DNA of 64,000 nucleotides from Actinomycetes bacterium (GTDB lineage Bacteria; Actinomycetota; Actinomycetes; S36-B12; UBA5976). Location of the stretch: NCBI GenBank assembly GCA_038145175.1, contig JAYQPE010000003.1, positions 11,440 through 75,439 on the forward strand, given 5' to 3'. The notes under the pieces are model-generated. The model was given only the letters and a program-made list of their open reading frames with translations. It ran no database searches and was not told where the DNA came from. The position numbers were made by a program, and so were the translations under genes. The first letter of the stretch is position 1. Every line of letters begins with the position of its first letter. Shown piece after piece: positions 18,487 through 29,533 of this stretch.

Positions 18487-19340
18487 TAATGATCTCCAAT
18501 TTTTGGAGCACCGTATGTATCTACAGGAACTGTTCCGACTTCACTCCACCGGACTTTGTCGCCTCGAAAATTTGGTCCATCAACACAAGATCTAAGCATT
18601 CTTGTTACGCCATCTTCACCGATAACTGGCAGAACACAAGTCATGCAAACTCCAATACCGCAAGCCATTGATTCTTCAACACTTGTTTGCGAAACAATCC
18701 CATGCAAAGTTGCAACTTTGGAAACTGCTTCAAGCATTTTCATGGGTCCACATGCATATACAACTGCAGCGTTTGATTTATTTATTACTTCAGGCAAAAC
18801 ATCTGTTACTTTGCCCATTTGACCTGATGATCCATCATCTGTAGTAACTGTCAGTGTTGTGGATAATCTTCTTGCTTCAAGCATTCCAAATAATTTTTCA
18901 GAACTTGAAGCACCCAAAATAAAATCAACTCTGCAATTTCTTTTTGCTAAAGCTTCTGCCAAGGTAAATAAAGGAGCTGCACCATATCCACCACCCACAA
19001 GTACGCAAGGCACTGGATTTTTTGGAAGACTAAAGGGTTTTCCTAAAGGTCCAACTAAATTAATTGGATCATTTCTTTTCAAATTTGCTAAATAATCTGT
19101 ACCAGGACCATGAGGAGAGACAACAATGTCTACTGTTCCGCCATAGACTCCCCGATCATTTACCTGATAAATACTGAATGCTCTTCTTAAGATGAGAGAA
19201 CTTCTTTCATCACCAATGGCTACAGCCACAAAATTTCCAGGTTTAAATTCTTTTGGCATATCAGCAGCAGTTGCTGTTATTACGTAGTAACTTCCAATTT
19301 TCTTGTTATCAACAACGACGCCTTGATGAACAATTGGCAT
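18486..19340 (-). CDS. pyrK: Dihydroorotate dehydrogenase electron-transfer subunit (FAD / 2Fe-2S)
   Basis: 284 aa. RRAFSIY FAD-binding motif and C-terminal MACGIGVCMTCV...C cluster ligands. Confidence 0.86.
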   Translation of the reverse strand: MPIVHQGVVVDNKKIGSYYVITATAADMPKEFKPGNFVAVAIGDERSSLILRRAFSIYQVNDRGVYGGTVDIVVSPHGPGTDYLANLKRNDPINLVGPLGKPFSLPKNPVPCVLVGGGYGAAPLFTLAEALAKRNCRVDFILGASSSEKLFGMLEARRLSTTLTVTTDDGSSGQMGKVTDVLPEVINKSNAAVVYACGPMKMLEAVSKVATLHGIVSQTSVEESMACGIGVCMTCVLPVIGEDGVTRMLRSCVDGPNFRGDKVRWSEVGTVPVDTYGAPKIGDH

Positions 19341-22300
19341 TTATGAAACCATTTTTTCTCTAGCAGAATTAATATCTTTAGCCCACTCTTGCAGAGATTT
19401 AACTCTAAATCCAGATTTTTGTAGTGATTCAATTCCAGCCAGAGCTGCTTTTAAACCTTGAGCAGTAGTTATGCAAGGAACTGACATATCTGTTGCCGCA
19501 GTTCTAATTTGATAACCATCAGTTCTTGGACCAACTCCATATGGAGTGTTAACAACTAAGTCAATATCTCCATTTCTTATAGCTTGAACCGATGTGGTTT
19601 CACCTTCAACTTCACCCAAATGATGTTTGCGCAATTGTTTGGAGTCAATCCCAAATTTCTTAATATAACTTGCTGTACCACTTGAAGCATAAATATTAAA
19701 ACCTAAATCTTTTAATTTCTTAATCAATTCCACCATTGATTCTTTATCTCTATCCGCAATTGAGACGAATACATTTCCTTTTAAAGGTAAACCTCCTGAG
19801 TATGCGCCACTTTGGGCTTTTGCGAATGCAGTTCCAAAACTTGTGTCAATTCCCATAACTTCACCAGTTGATTTCATTTCTGGGCCAAGAATTGAATCAA
19901 CTCCTCTAAATCTTCCAAATGGTAAAACTGCTTCTTTAACTGCAATTGGACTTTCTTTAAATGTTGTTGCTCCATCTTTATTTTTTGGTAGAAGACCTTC
20001 ATTTCTTAATTCTTTGATAGTTGCACCAAGCATTATTCGGGCACATGCTTTTGCTAATGAAATTCCTGTAGCTTTTGAAACAAATGGAACTGTTCTTGAA
20101 GCTCTGGGATTTGCTTCTAAAACATACAAAGTTTCTCCAGCAAGTGCATATTGCACGTTCATTAATCCAATTACGCCAATTCCTGTGCCGATGGCGTATG
20201 TGCTTTCTCGGATTTGTTCAATATGTTTTGCAGATAGAGAGATTGGAGGAAGCGAGCAAGCAGAATCTCCTGAGTGCACACCTGCTTCTTCGATGTGTTC
20301 CATAATGCCGCCTAAAAACATTTCTTTGCCATCAAAAAGTGCATCAACATCTATTTCTAAAGCGTCATCTAAAAATCGATCAACTAGGACAGGATGTTCT
20401 GGATTTATTTGGGTTGCTTTTTCAATATATTTAAGAAGCATTTCTTCGTCATAAACAATTTCCATACCACGACCACCCAAAACATAAGAAGGTCTTACCA
20501 AAACAGGGTAACCAATTCTAGAAGCAATTTCTTTAGCCTCAATAAAAGACGAGGCCATACCGTGTTCTGGTGAAATCAAATTTGCTTTTTCTAAAACTTC
20601 ACCAAATGCACCTCTTTCTTCTGCAAGATGTATAGCTTCCGGGCTTGTCCCAACTATTGGTACGAAATTATCTTTTAACTTCTGGGCAAGACCTAGAGGT
20701 GTTTGACCCCCTAATTGAACTATCACACCTATCAAGTTTCCTGATTGTTTCTCCGCATGAACAACTTCTAATACATCTTCAAGTGTTAAAGGTTCAAAAT
20801 AGAGTCTGTCTGAGGTGTCATAATCTGTTGAAACTGTTTCAGGATTGCAGTTAACCATAATCGTTTCAAAGCCAGCTAATTTTAAAGTTTGAGCAGCATG
20901 AACACAAGAGTAATCAAACTCAATACCTTGACCGATTCTGTTGGGTCCTGAACCTAGGATTATTACTTTATTTTTATTTGACTTGGCAACTTCAGTTTCT
21001 CGATCATAACTTGAATAGTGATATGGAGTTTTTGCTTCAAATTCTGCTGCGCAAGTATCTACTGTTTTATAAACTGGTCTTAAATTCAAATTGATTCTTA
21101 ATTCTCTAATTTCATCTTCTGTGGTATTTCTAATTTGAGCAACTTGAAGATCCGAGAAACCATGTGATTTTGCGTATTTTAAAAGATCGAAATCTAATTT
21201 ATTTGCCAACTTTATTTCATTAGCTATTTCATTTATGAGCATGATTTGATCTAAGAACCATGGATCAATTGCGCTTGCTTCATGAACTTCTTGAAGTGAA
21301 ATTCCTGATAGAAGGGATCTTTGTACTGAGTTGATTCTTCCATCTGTTGGATATTTACATTTCTCAATCAAGTCTTCTTTTGATTCAGTAACTTTTGAGA
21401 AGTCAAACTGAGCGTCTTTTTTCTCAAGACTTCTTAAAGCTTTTTGAAGTGCTTCACTGAAATTTCTACCTATTGCCATTGCCTCTCCCACACTTTTCAT
21501 GTGGGTTGTTAATTTGGTATCTGCACCTGGAAATTTTTCAAAAGCAAATCTTGGAACCTTCACAACTACATAATCAAGTGTTGGTTCAAACGAAGCAGGT
21601 GTTTCTTTTGTAATGTCGTTTGGTATTTCATCCAATGTGTAACCAATCGCTAATTTAGCTGCAATTTTTGCGATTGGAAAACCAGTTGCTTTAGATGCAA
21701 GAGCAGAAGATCTAGATACTCGAGGATTCATCTCAATAACAATCATTCGTCCATCTACTGGGTTAATTGCAAATTGAATATTGCATCCGCCTGTATCAAC
21801 TCCAACTTCTCTAATAACAGCAATAGCAATATCTCTCATATGTTGATATTCGCGATCAGTCAATGTCATTGCTGGTGCAACAGTTATGGAATCACCCGTG
21901 TGAACACCCATTGGATCAAAATTTTCAATTGAACAAATAATTACGACGTTATCGTGGTGATCTCGCATTAATTCAAGTTCAAATTCTTTCCAACCAATAA
22001 TGCTTTCTTCCAATAAAACTTCACTAGTTGGTGATGCTTGTAAACCTGTTGCTACAAATTTAATTAAATCTTCTTCATCGTAAGCAATTCCAGAACCTGC
22101 TCCTCCCATCGTAAAAGATGGTCTTACAACTAATGGATATCCAAGTTTTAATGCAGAATCAAGACATTCTTCTAGTGAATGACAAATTTCACTTTTTGCT
22201 GATTTTCCACCAATATTTGAGACAATGCTTTTAAATTTTTCTCGATTTTCCCCACGTTCAATTGCTTCAACTTTTGCTCCAATTAATTCGACTTTATATT

Positions 22301-22628
22301 TATCAAGAATTCCTTCTTTATGTAATGCCATCGCAGCATTTAAAGCAGTTTGACCCCCAAGAGTTGGCAATATTGCATCGGGTTTTTCTTTTTGAATAAT
22401 TTTTTCTAAAATATCTGTGGTAATTGGTTCAACATATGTAGCATCAGCAAATTCTGGATCAGTCATGATTGTGGCAGGATTACTGTTAAGAAGAATTACT
22501 CTTATTCCCTCTGCTTTTAAAACTCTGCACGCTTGAGTTCCTGAATAATCAAATTCGCAAGCTTGTCCAATTACAATGGGACCTGAGCCAATTACTAAAA
22601 CAGAATTAATATCTCTTCTTTTTGGCAT
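19341..22628 (-). CDS. carB: Carbamoyl-phosphate synthase large subunit
   Basis: 1095 aa with duplicated ATP-grasp halves and an MGS-like C-terminal domain. Canonical N-terminus [32 protein letters not shown]. Confidence 0.97.
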   Translation of the reverse strand: MPKRRDINSVLVIGSGPIVIGQACEFDYSGTQACRVLKAEGIRVILLNSNPATIMTDPEFADATYVEPITTDILEKIIQKEKPDAILPTLGGQTALNAAMALHKEGILDKYKVELIGAKVEAIERGENREKFKSIVSNIGGKSAKSEICHSLEECLDSALKLGYPLVVRPSFTMGGAGSGIAYDEEDLIKFVATGLQASPTSEVLLEESIIGWKEFELELMRDHHDNVVIICSIENFDPMGVHTGDSITVAPAMTLTDREYQHMRDIAIAVIREVGVDTGGCNIQFAINPVDGRMIVIEMNPRVSRSSALASKATGFPIAKIAAKLAIGYTLDEIPNDITKETPASFEPTLDYVVVKVPRFAFEKFPGADTKLTTHMKSVGEAMAIGRNFSEALQKALRSLEKKDAQFDFSKVTESKEDLIEKCKYPTDGRINSVQRSLLSGISLQEVHEASAIDPWFLDQIMLINEIANEIKLANKLDFDLLKYAKSHGFSDLQVAQIRNTTEDEIRELRINLNLRPVYKTVDTCAAEFEAKTPYHYSSYDRETEVAKSNKNKVIILGSGPNRIGQGIEFDYSCVHAAQTLKLAGFETIMVNCNPETVSTDYDTSDRLYFEPLTLEDVLEVVHAEKQSGNLIGVIVQLGGQTPLGLAQKLKDNFVPIVGTSPEAIHLAEERGAFGEVLEKANLISPEHGMASSFIEAKEIASRIGYPVLVRPSYVLGGRGMEIVYDEEMLLKYIEKATQINPEHPVLVDRFLDDALEIDVDALFDGKEMFLGGIMEHIEEAGVHSGDSACSLPPISLSAKHIEQIRESTYAIGTGIGVIGLMNVQYALAGETLYVLEANPRASRTVPFVSKATGISLAKACARIMLGATIKELRNEGLLPKNKDGATTFKESPIAVKEAVLPFGRFRGVDSILGPEMKSTGEVMGIDTSFGTAFAKAQSGAYSGGLPLKGNVFVSIADRDKESMVELIKKLKDLGFNIYASSGTASYIKKFGIDSKQLRKHHLGEVEGETTSVQAIRNGDIDLVVNTPYGVGPRTDGYQIRTAATDMSVPCITTAQGLKAALAGIESLQKSGFRVKSLQEWAKDINSAREKMVS

Positions 22629-23746
22629 TACTTTTTACTCATTAATTCTGTGAAGCGATCAAATAAATAATCTGCATCATGAGGGCCAGCTGCTGCTTCT
22701 GGATGGTATTGCACACTAAATGCTTTTTTGTCTTTCAAAGCTAAACCTTCAACAACATTGTCATTTAAGCAAATATGGCTAACCATTACTCGACCAAACT
22801 CTGTTTCACTTTCTTTATCTATTGGTGCTTTAACTGCAAATCCATGATTGTGTGTAGTGATTTCAACTTTTTTAGTTGTCAGGTCCATTACTGGTTGATT
22901 AATACCTCGGTGACCAAAAGTTAATTTATACGTTTCAAAACCAACTGCTCTACCAAGAATTTGATTTCCAAAACAGATACCAAAAAGTGGAATATTTTCT
23001 TTAAGAATTCTTTTAGTCAAATCAATTGCATGACTTGCAGTTGCTGGATCACCTGGACCGTTACTTAGAAATATGCCATCTACTTCATATTTCATGATTT
23101 CATCAAAATTTGAGGTAACAGGTAATACTTCAAGTTCTATGCCTCTATTAGTTAATCGCTGAAGTATTCCATTCTTTATACCTAAATCAAGAGCGGCAAC
23201 TTTGAATTTTTTTACACCATTTGCTTTGACATTGAATGCTTTTGAAGTAGTTACGGCACCACAAAGATCAGCTCCCTTCATTTGTGGAGACTCAAGCACT
23301 TTTTTCAAAAAGTAATCTTGATTTTTGTTATCTAATTCCCCAGAAAAAATTCCTGATCGCATTGCACCTTTATCCCTAAGGTGTCTAGTTAGAGCTCTTG
23401 TGTCAATTCCGGATATAGAAACAATATTTTGTCTTTTTAACTCTTCTTCTAGCGATCTCTTCGATCGCCAATTAGATGAAATTCTGGATGGATCTCTTAC
23501 TACATAACCTGATACCCAGATTTTTCTAGATTCATCATCCTCATCATTTATTCCTGTATTACCGATATGTGGAGCAGTTTGAATAACAATTTGTTTGTAA
23601 TAAGAAGGATCAGTCAAAGTTTCTTGATAACCAGTCATACCAGTAGTGAAAACTGCCTCACCAAATGTTTCGCCTTTTGCTCCATAAGATCTACCTCTGT
23701 AAATAGATCCATCTTCCAAAACTAGTAAGGCAGGTGAGAAGGTCAT
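22628..23746 (-). CDS. carA: Carbamoyl-phosphate synthase small (glutaminase) subunit
   Basis: 372 aa. GATase triad context GICFGNQIL and HNHGFAV...QYHPEA. Confidence 0.95.
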   Translation of the reverse strand: MTFSPALLVLEDGSIYRGRSYGAKGETFGEAVFTTGMTGYQETLTDPSYYKQIVIQTAPHIGNTGINDEDDESRKIWVSGYVVRDPSRISSNWRSKRSLEEELKRQNIVSISGIDTRALTRHLRDKGAMRSGIFSGELDNKNQDYFLKKVLESPQMKGADLCGAVTTSKAFNVKANGVKKFKVAALDLGIKNGILQRLTNRGIELEVLPVTSNFDEIMKYEVDGIFLSNGPGDPATASHAIDLTKRILKENIPLFGICFGNQILGRAVGFETYKLTFGHRGINQPVMDLTTKKVEITTHNHGFAVKAPIDKESETEFGRVMVSHICLNDNVVEGLALKDKKAFSVQYHPEAAAGPHDADYLFDRFTELMSKK

Positions 23747-25032
23747 GAAACTATTTCACCGCTTTTAAAAGTGAATTTGCCTTTATGAATCGTGTGAATT
23801 ACTTTACTTTTTAGTTTTATACCGTGATAAGGATTGTTTTTACTTAAAGAATTAGTTTGATTTGCATCCACAATCCATTCAAGATCTGGATCAATTACGC
23901 AAAGATTGGCTATTTCATTTTCTTTTATTGGTCTTCCATGATCTGCTAATTGAGCAATCTTTGCAGGAGTCTCACTCATAACTCGGGCAATATCTGACCA
24001 ATTCATTTTCTTACTTGGCAACATCACTGTTGCAACTACTGAGAGTGCAGTTTCTAAACCTGTCATTCCAAATGCTGCTTGATTCCACTCTCCTTCTTTA
24101 TCCTCAGCAGGATGAGGAGCATGATCTGTTGCAACTACGTCGATTATTCCACTAGCTAATGCATCTTGTAATGCAATTAAATCTGTATTACTTCTTAAAG
24201 GAGGATTGACTTTAAATTTGGCATCATATTCTCGGCAATAATCTTCGGTTAAAAGTAAATGATGAGGTGTTACTTCAGCACTAACTTTTATTCCTTTTTG
24301 CTTTGCCCATTTTAAAATCTCTACAGTTCCTGCAGTTGAAGCATGACAAATATGAAGTTTTGAATCAACATGTTCGGCAAGTAAAACATCTCTTGCCACA
24401 ATTGATTCTTCGGCAACTGAAGGCCAACCAACCAATCCTAATTGTCCTGAAAGAAGAGATTCGTTCATTTGAGAATTTTGGGTAAGTCTTGGTTCTTGGG
24501 CATGCTGAGCAATCACGCCATCAAAAGCTTTTACATACTCAAGAGCTCTTCGCATTAATACAGGATCATGAACACATTTTCCATCATCACTAAATATTTT
24601 TACATTGGCTCTAGATTGTGCCATTGCAGAAAGTTCTGCTAATTGTTCTCCATTTAAACCAACTGTTACTGCTCCAACTGGAATAACATCTACTAATCCA
24701 ATTCTTTGTCCCAAATTCCAAACTTGTTCAACTACTCCAGCGGTGTCTGCTACAGGCAAAGTATTTGCCATCGCATGAACCGCGGTAAAACCTCCAGCAG
24801 CGGCAGCTTTACTTCCCGATTCGATTGTTTCAGAATCTTCTCGACCTGGTTCTCTTAAATGCGTGTGTAAATCTACAAGTCCCGGAAGTAAAATTTTTCC
24901 ACTTAAATCCAATGTTTGAGCATCGGGTGCATTAATTGTGTTTGGTTTTGCAATCTGTTTAATTTTTTGATTTTCGATTAAAACATCATGAATATTTTCA
25001 CCCTTTATACTTACATTTTTTAATAAAATCAT
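23743..25032 (-). CDS. pyrC: Dihydroorotase
   Basis: 429 aa with [10 protein letters not shown] and VATDHAPH metal-binding motifs. Confidence 0.93.
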   Translation of the reverse strand: MILLKNVSIKGENIHDVLIENQKIKQIAKPNTINAPDAQTLDLSGKILLPGLVDLHTHLREPGREDSETIESGSKAAAAGGFTAVHAMANTLPVADTAGVVEQVWNLGQRIGLVDVIPVGAVTVGLNGEQLAELSAMAQSRANVKIFSDDGKCVHDPVLMRRALEYVKAFDGVIAQHAQEPRLTQNSQMNESLLSGQLGLVGWPSVAEESIVARDVLLAEHVDSKLHICHASTAGTVEILKWAKQKGIKVSAEVTPHHLLLTEDYCREYDAKFKVNPPLRSNTDLIALQDALASGIIDVVATDHAPHPAEDKEGEWNQAAFGMTGLETALSVVATVMLPSKKMNWSDIARVMSETPAKIAQLADHGRPIKENEIANLCVIDPDLEWIVDANQTNSLSKNNPYHGIKLKSKVIHTIHKGKFTFKSGEIVS

Positions 25033-25985
25033 TAGTTTGTACTCTCCGCTTCATTTTGTGAACCACCAAGCAATAAATATAAAACAGCCATTCGAACACT
25101 TACTCCATTTGCCACTTGTTCTATAACAACAGAATTTGTGCTGTCGGCTACTTCAGCAGTTATTTCCATACCGCGATTCATGGGACCTGGATGTAGCACT
25201 AAAGCATTCTTTTTCATATTTTTTAATCTTGCAGAATTTAATCCAAAATTTCTTGAATATTCTCTAGCAGTTGGAAAATAAGCTGCTGTCATTCTTTCTT
25301 GTTGAACTCGTAACATCATGATTGCATCAACATTTTCAATAACTTGATCTAAATTGAATGAGTATTCGCATTCCCAATCGTTTATCCCTTTAGGCATTAA
25401 TGTTGGAGGTGCAACCATTACAGGTGTGGCACCTAGTTTTTTTATTAATAAAGCATTACTTCTTGCAACTCGGCTATGCAAAATATCTCCCACAATTGCA
25501 ACTCTCAACCCAGTTAAATCACCTTGATTATTCTTTAAATGTTTTCTGATTGTGTATGAATCGAGTAATGCTTGAGTGGGATGTTCATGAGTTCCATCTC
25601 CTGCATTAATTACAACTGCATTAATCCAGTTTCTTGAAGCCAACAGATTAGGTGCTCCAGAAGCAGGATGTCTTATCACCACAGCATCTGCTCCCATTGA
25701 TTGCAATGTTTGGGCGGTATCTTTTAAACTTTCTCCTTTTGAAACACTTGATCCTTTCGCACTAAAATTAATTACATCAGCGCTCAATCTTTTTGCAGCT
25801 GCTTCAAAAGAAATTCTTGTTCTAGTGCTATCTTCAAAAAACAAATTAACAATAGTTCTACCTCTTAAAGTTGGTAACTTCTTTACTGGGCGATCAGATA
25901 CTTGAGCCAATTCTTTAGCAGTATCAAGTATTAGAATTGCATCATCTTTTGTTAAATCATTTATCGAAACCAGATGTCTATTCAT
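25032..25985 (-). CDS. pyrB: Aspartate carbamoyltransferase catalytic subunit
   Basis: 317 aa with [13 protein letters not shown] and HPGPMNRG motifs. Confidence 0.95.
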   Translation of the reverse strand: MNRHLVSINDLTKDDAILILDTAKELAQVSDRPVKKLPTLRGRTIVNLFFEDSTRTRISFEAAAKRLSADVINFSAKGSSVSKGESLKDTAQTLQSMGADAVVIRHPASGAPNLLASRNWINAVVINAGDGTHEHPTQALLDSYTIRKHLKNNQGDLTGLRVAIVGDILHSRVARSNALLIKKLGATPVMVAPPTLMPKGINDWECEYSFNLDQVIENVDAIMMLRVQQERMTAAYFPTAREYSRNFGLNSARLKNMKKNALVLHPGPMNRGMEITAEVADSTNSVVIEQVANGVSVRMAVLYLLLGGSQNEAESTN

Positions 25986-26545
25986 TATGAAACTTCATTC
26001 CATATTGTGACTTTTTCTTGACCATCATCTAATTCACTCAAGAAAACACTTACTTGCTCAGTTATAGAGGTAGGAATATTTTTTCCAACATAATCTGCTC
26101 TTATAGGTAAATCTCTATGTCCACGATCAACTAATACGGCCACTTGAACCTTTGATGGTCTACCGATGTCATTTATTGCATCAAGTGCGGCTCGAATGGT
26201 TCTTCCCGAAAATAGAACATCATCAACCAGCACCACAACTTTGTTATCAATTCCTCCCTCAGGAATTAAAGTTTGAGCTAGAGCTCTTGGTGGTCTTAGT
26301 CTTAAATCATCTCGATACATAGTGATATCAAGTGAGCCTGCTTGAATATTAGTTTTTTCGAACTCATTTATTTTGTTTGCGATTCGATTTGCTAAAGGAA
26401 CACCTCTAGAAGGAATTCCTAAGATGACAATGTTTTGAAAACCTTTATTATTTTCTAAAATTTCATGAGAGATTCGAGAAAGTGCTCGAGAAATATCAGT
26501 TGATTCAAGAACTACACGTTCCAGATGACGAGAATTTGCACTCAT
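25985..26545 (-). CDS. pyrR: Bifunctional pyr operon regulator / uracil phosphoribosyltransferase PyrR (start moved to ATG at 26545)
   Basis: [12 protein letters not shown]..., with the PRPP motif [14 protein letters not shown]. The ORF-track GTG start (26575) lies inside the upstream PyrR-binding hairpin and adds an implausible [10 protein letters not shown] extension. The ATG is preceded by GAAGGAGG. Confidence 0.9.
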   Translation of the reverse strand: MSANSRHLERVVLESTDISRALSRISHEILENNKGFQNIVILGIPSRGVPLANRIANKINEFEKTNIQAGSLDITMYRDDLRLRPPRALAQTLIPEGGIDNKVVVLVDDVLFSGRTIRAALDAINDIGRPSKVQVAVLVDRGHRDLPIRADYVGKNIPTSITEQVSVFLSELDDGQEKVTIWNEVS

Positions 26546-26557
26546 TGTGCTTCTCGA

Positions 26558-26591
26558 CCTCCTTCTCCGCCTCACGGGACGGTCTTAAAGG
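26558..26591 (-). promoter_or_regulatory. PyrR-binding RNA hairpin overlapping the pyrR Shine-Dalgarno sequence
   Basis: Minus strand reads CCUUUAAGACCGUCCCGUGAGGCGGAGAAGGAGG. Stems are CCG/CGG and CCUU/AAGG. The loop UCCCGUGAGGC resembles the PyrR recognition consensus (A)RUCCAGAGAGGCU. The 3' arm is part of GAAGGAGG. Confidence 0.6.
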
Positions 26592-26625
26592 ATGCCTTAC
26601 TAAAAACTTAGATTAGCAGACTAAT

Positions 26626-28053
26626 TTAACTTTCATCTGCACCAGTTCCAACTTTGTGCACGCGCATGCCATTAGTTGTTCCAGGAACTCCCGGTGGAAC
26701 ACCGGCCACAACTACAACAAGTTCACCATATTTAGCAAAATTATTTCCTGTTAAATATCTATCAACTTGAGCAACCATTTCATCGGTGTGTTTAACAGTG
26801 TCTGCGTGAAAAACTTGGCAACCCCAAATTAGCGATAGTTGACGTTGGACGGATTGTTCTGTTGTAAAAGCAAGAATTGGAGTTGTTGATCTATGACGCG
26901 CCATTAAGCGAACACTTCGACCTGTTTCTGTAAAACCTATTAAATATTTAGCATTTATCGCTTTACCAACTGCTACAGCTGCTGTAGTTAAAGCTCTTCC
27001 AGTGCTTCCTTGAGATTCAATTTCTAATTTTGGAAGTTGTTCTAAAGCTTCCTCTTCAACATGTTCAATAATTCTTGCCATAGTTTCAACTACTAATACA
27101 GGATTTTCACCCACACTGGTTTCACCACTAAGCATTAAGGCATCTGCGCCATCTAAAACTGCATTTGCCACATCACTTGCTTCTGCTCTAGTTGGTCTTG
27201 ATGCTGAAATCATCGATTCCAGCATTTGAGTTGCAACTATTACTGGTTTTCCAACTTGTCTTGCTAATTGGATGGCATTTTTTTGTACCAGCGGAACTTC
27301 TTCCAATGGTAATTCAACTCCAAGATCACCTCTAGCGATCATGATTGCATCAAATGATTGCAGAATTTGCTCTAAATTTGAAACAGCTTGTGGCTTTTCA
27401 ATTTTTGCCACAACCGGAATTGTTCTTCCAGTCTTTTCCATTATTTTATGAACATCCTCAATATCTTTGGCATTTCTTACAAATGACAAAGCAATAAGAT
27501 CACAACCATTTTCTAGCGCCCACACTAAATCTTTTTCATCTTTTTGAGAAAGGGCAGGAACGTTTACAGAAACACCAGGCAAATTAATACCCTTATTATT
27601 TGAGATTGTTCCACCCTCAATAACCTTGGTTATAACATCATTTCCTTTTACTTCAGTTGCTTCTAAGCGAATTTTTCCATCATCAATAAGTAATGCATCA
27701 CCTTTTTTCACATCTTGACATAAACCCTTGTATGTCGTAGAAACCTTTTCCTTATCTCCGGGATGCTCATCTGTGGTGATAATGAATTTTTGACCATTAA
27801 TCAGTGAAACTGGTCCATTACTGAAGGTTCCAACTCGAATTTTTGGACCTTGCAAATCAGCAAGCACTGCAATTTCTTTACCTAATTCTTTCGAGGCACT
27901 TCTAACCAAATCTAATCTTCTTTTGTGATCTTGATGATCTCCATGAGACATATTAAGTCTTGCAACATTTAAGCCAGAATTTATAAGTTTTTTAACAACA
28001 TTAATATCATCAGTGGAAGGTCCAAGGGTAGCAACGATCTTAGCTCTTCTCAT
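26626..28053 (-). CDS. pyk: Pyruvate kinase
   Basis: 475 aa beginning MRRAKIVATLGPST, with NMSHGDH and MIARGDLGVE motifs. Confidence 0.95.
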   Translation of the reverse strand: MRRAKIVATLGPSTDDINVVKKLINSGLNVARLNMSHGDHQDHKRRLDLVRSASKELGKEIAVLADLQGPKIRVGTFSNGPVSLINGQKFIITTDEHPGDKEKVSTTYKGLCQDVKKGDALLIDDGKIRLEATEVKGNDVITKVIEGGTISNNKGINLPGVSVNVPALSQKDEKDLVWALENGCDLIALSFVRNAKDIEDVHKIMEKTGRTIPVVAKIEKPQAVSNLEQILQSFDAIMIARGDLGVELPLEEVPLVQKNAIQLARQVGKPVIVATQMLESMISASRPTRAEASDVANAVLDGADALMLSGETSVGENPVLVVETMARIIEHVEEEALEQLPKLEIESQGSTGRALTTAAVAVGKAINAKYLIGFTETGRSVRLMARHRSTTPILAFTTEQSVQRQLSLIWGCQVFHADTVKHTDEMVAQVDRYLTGNNFAKYGELVVVVAGVPPGVPGTTNGMRVHKVGTGADES

Positions 28054-28081
28054 ATATTCATATTCTATTCAATAGTTTTAA

Positions 28082-29533
28082 TTAAACTGTAAGTGGTCTT
28101 GAATTTGCTTCAATTGGTGTTGGCAAATTTGTTTCACCAATCAAAAATTCATCAACATGAGCAGCAACTGAGCGGCCTTCTGCAATTGCCCAAACAATTA
28201 ATGATTGTCCTCTTCCCGCATCACCACAGACATAAACAGAATCAACATTTGTTTTAAAGTTCTCATCTCTTGCTATATTTCCTCTGCTATCAAGTTCAAG
28301 ATTTAATTGCTCAATAAATGGTGCTTTTTCAGGTCCAACAAAACCAAGTGCTAACAAAACCAAGTTGGCTGGAATAATTTTTTCGGTGCCTTTGATTGGT
28401 TCAAATTTGCCATTTTTTAATTCCACTTGGATTAATTCAAGCCCAGTAACTTTTCCAGATGAGCCAACGAATTTATTTGTATTAACACTATAAATTCTTT
28501 CCCCACCTTCTTCATGGGCACTAGTTACCCTGTAAATCATTGGATAAGTTGGCCATGGTTGTGCATCAGGGCGGATATCTTGCGGCATGGGAAGAATTTC
28601 TAATTGAGTGACAGATTTAGCACCTTGTCGATGTGCTGTGCCTAGACAATCTGCACCAGTATCTCCTCCACCAATAATTACTACATTTTTATCTTTTGCA
28701 TCAATTGGTGATACTGCTAATTCTCCTAAAGCCACTTTGTTAGCAGGTGGCAAATATTCCATAGCTTGATAAATTCCACTTAATTGTCTTCCTTCTATGG
28801 GAAGATCTCTCCAAGAAGTTGCACCTACTGCTAAAACTATTGCATCATATTTTTTTCTTAATTCTTTAGCATCAATATCAATTCCAACTTCAACTCCAGT
28901 TCTGAATTTGATGCCTTCTTGAGCAAGTTGTTCTAGTCTTCGATCGATGTGAATTTTTTCCATCTTAAATTCAGGTATGCCATATCGTAAAAGTCCACCA
29001 AGTTTGTCTGCTCTTTCATAAATTGCAACGGTGTGACCTGCTCTTGCTAATTGTTGAGCAGCGGCAAGACCTGCGGGACCAGAACCTATAACAGCTACAG
29101 TTTTTCCACTTAATCTTGCTGGAGATTGTGGAGTCACTAATCCTTGAGCAAATGCTCTATCTGCAATTTCTACTTCAACTTGTTTTATTGTTACTGCATC
29201 TTGATTTATTGCAACTACACATGCTGCTTCACATGGTGCAGGACAAAGTCGACCTGTAAATTCTGGAAAATTATTGGTTGCATGCAATCGCTCTGAGGCT
29301 TCCTTCCAGTTATCTTTATAAACAAGGTCGTTCCATTCTGGAATTAAGTTTCCTAGTGGACAGCCGTTATGACAAAAAGGAATTCCGCAATCCATGCACC
29401 GTCCTGCTTGGGCACGAAGTTTATTTGAATCAAATGGTTCATAAACTTCTCTCCAATCCATCAATCTCAAATCGACAGGTCTACGCTTTGGAGTTTCTCT
29501 TTTGGTATTAATAAATCCTTTTGGATCACCCAC
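28082..29533 (-). CDS. gltD: Glutamate synthase (NADPH) small subunit
   Basis: 483 aa. N-terminal Fe-S cysteines ([18 protein letters not shown]) and dinucleotide fold [14 protein letters not shown]. Confidence 0.93.
   Translation of the reverse strand: MGDPKGFINTKRETPKRRPVDLRLMDWREVYEPFDSNKLRAQAGRCMDCGIPFCHNGCPLGNLIPEWNDLVYKDNWKEASERLHATNNFPEFTGRLCPAPCEAACVVAINQDAVTIKQVEVEIADRAFAQGLVTPQSPARLSGKTVAVIGSGPAGLAAAQQLARAGHTVAIYERADKLGGLLRYGIPEFKMEKIHIDRRLEQLAQEGIKFRTGVEVGIDIDAKELRKKYDAIVLAVGATSWRDLPIEGRQLSGIYQAMEYLPPANKVALGELAVSPIDAKDKNVVIIGGGDTGADCLGTAHRQGAKSVTQLEILPMPQDIRPDAQPWPTYPMIYRVTSAHEEGGERIYSVNTNKFVGSSGKVTGLELIQVELKNGKFEPIKGTEKIIPANLVLLALGFVGPEKAPFIEQLNLELDSRGNIARDENFKTNVDSVYVCGDAGRGQSLIVWAIAEGRSVAAHVDEFLIGETNLPTPIEANSRPLTV

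Noticed and set aside
19843-20454. 203-aa ORF on the + strand, antisense to carB. Also a nested 76-aa ORF at 20075..20305 and a 69-aa ORF at 20645..20854.
   Set aside because: It lies entirely within the well-supported carB gene. In this antisense frame, stops can arise only at specific Tyr/His/Gln codon contexts of the sense gene, so long open stretches are expected. The product is Ser/Pro/Ile-rich low-complexity sequence with no recognisable motif and no RBS.
26546-26575. ORF-track N-terminal extensions: pyrR (GTG 26575), trpE (41105..41176), TIGR03085-like gene (41477..41524), LON-domain gene (46141..46284), infC (3633..3671).
   Set aside because: The extensions overlap upstream genes or a regulatory hairpin. 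They add residues that look non-conserved (for example [10 protein letters not shown]) and ignore better-placed internal starts. I used the shorter models.
26602-26629. Terminator-like hairpin straddling the pyk stop codon (TTAAATTAG-TCTG-CTAATCTAA followed by GTTTTT).
   Set aside because: The stem has a single G-C pair and one mismatch, so it is very weak. It would leave no room for a pyr promoter before the PyrR site. AT-rich inverted repeats of this size are expected by chance.
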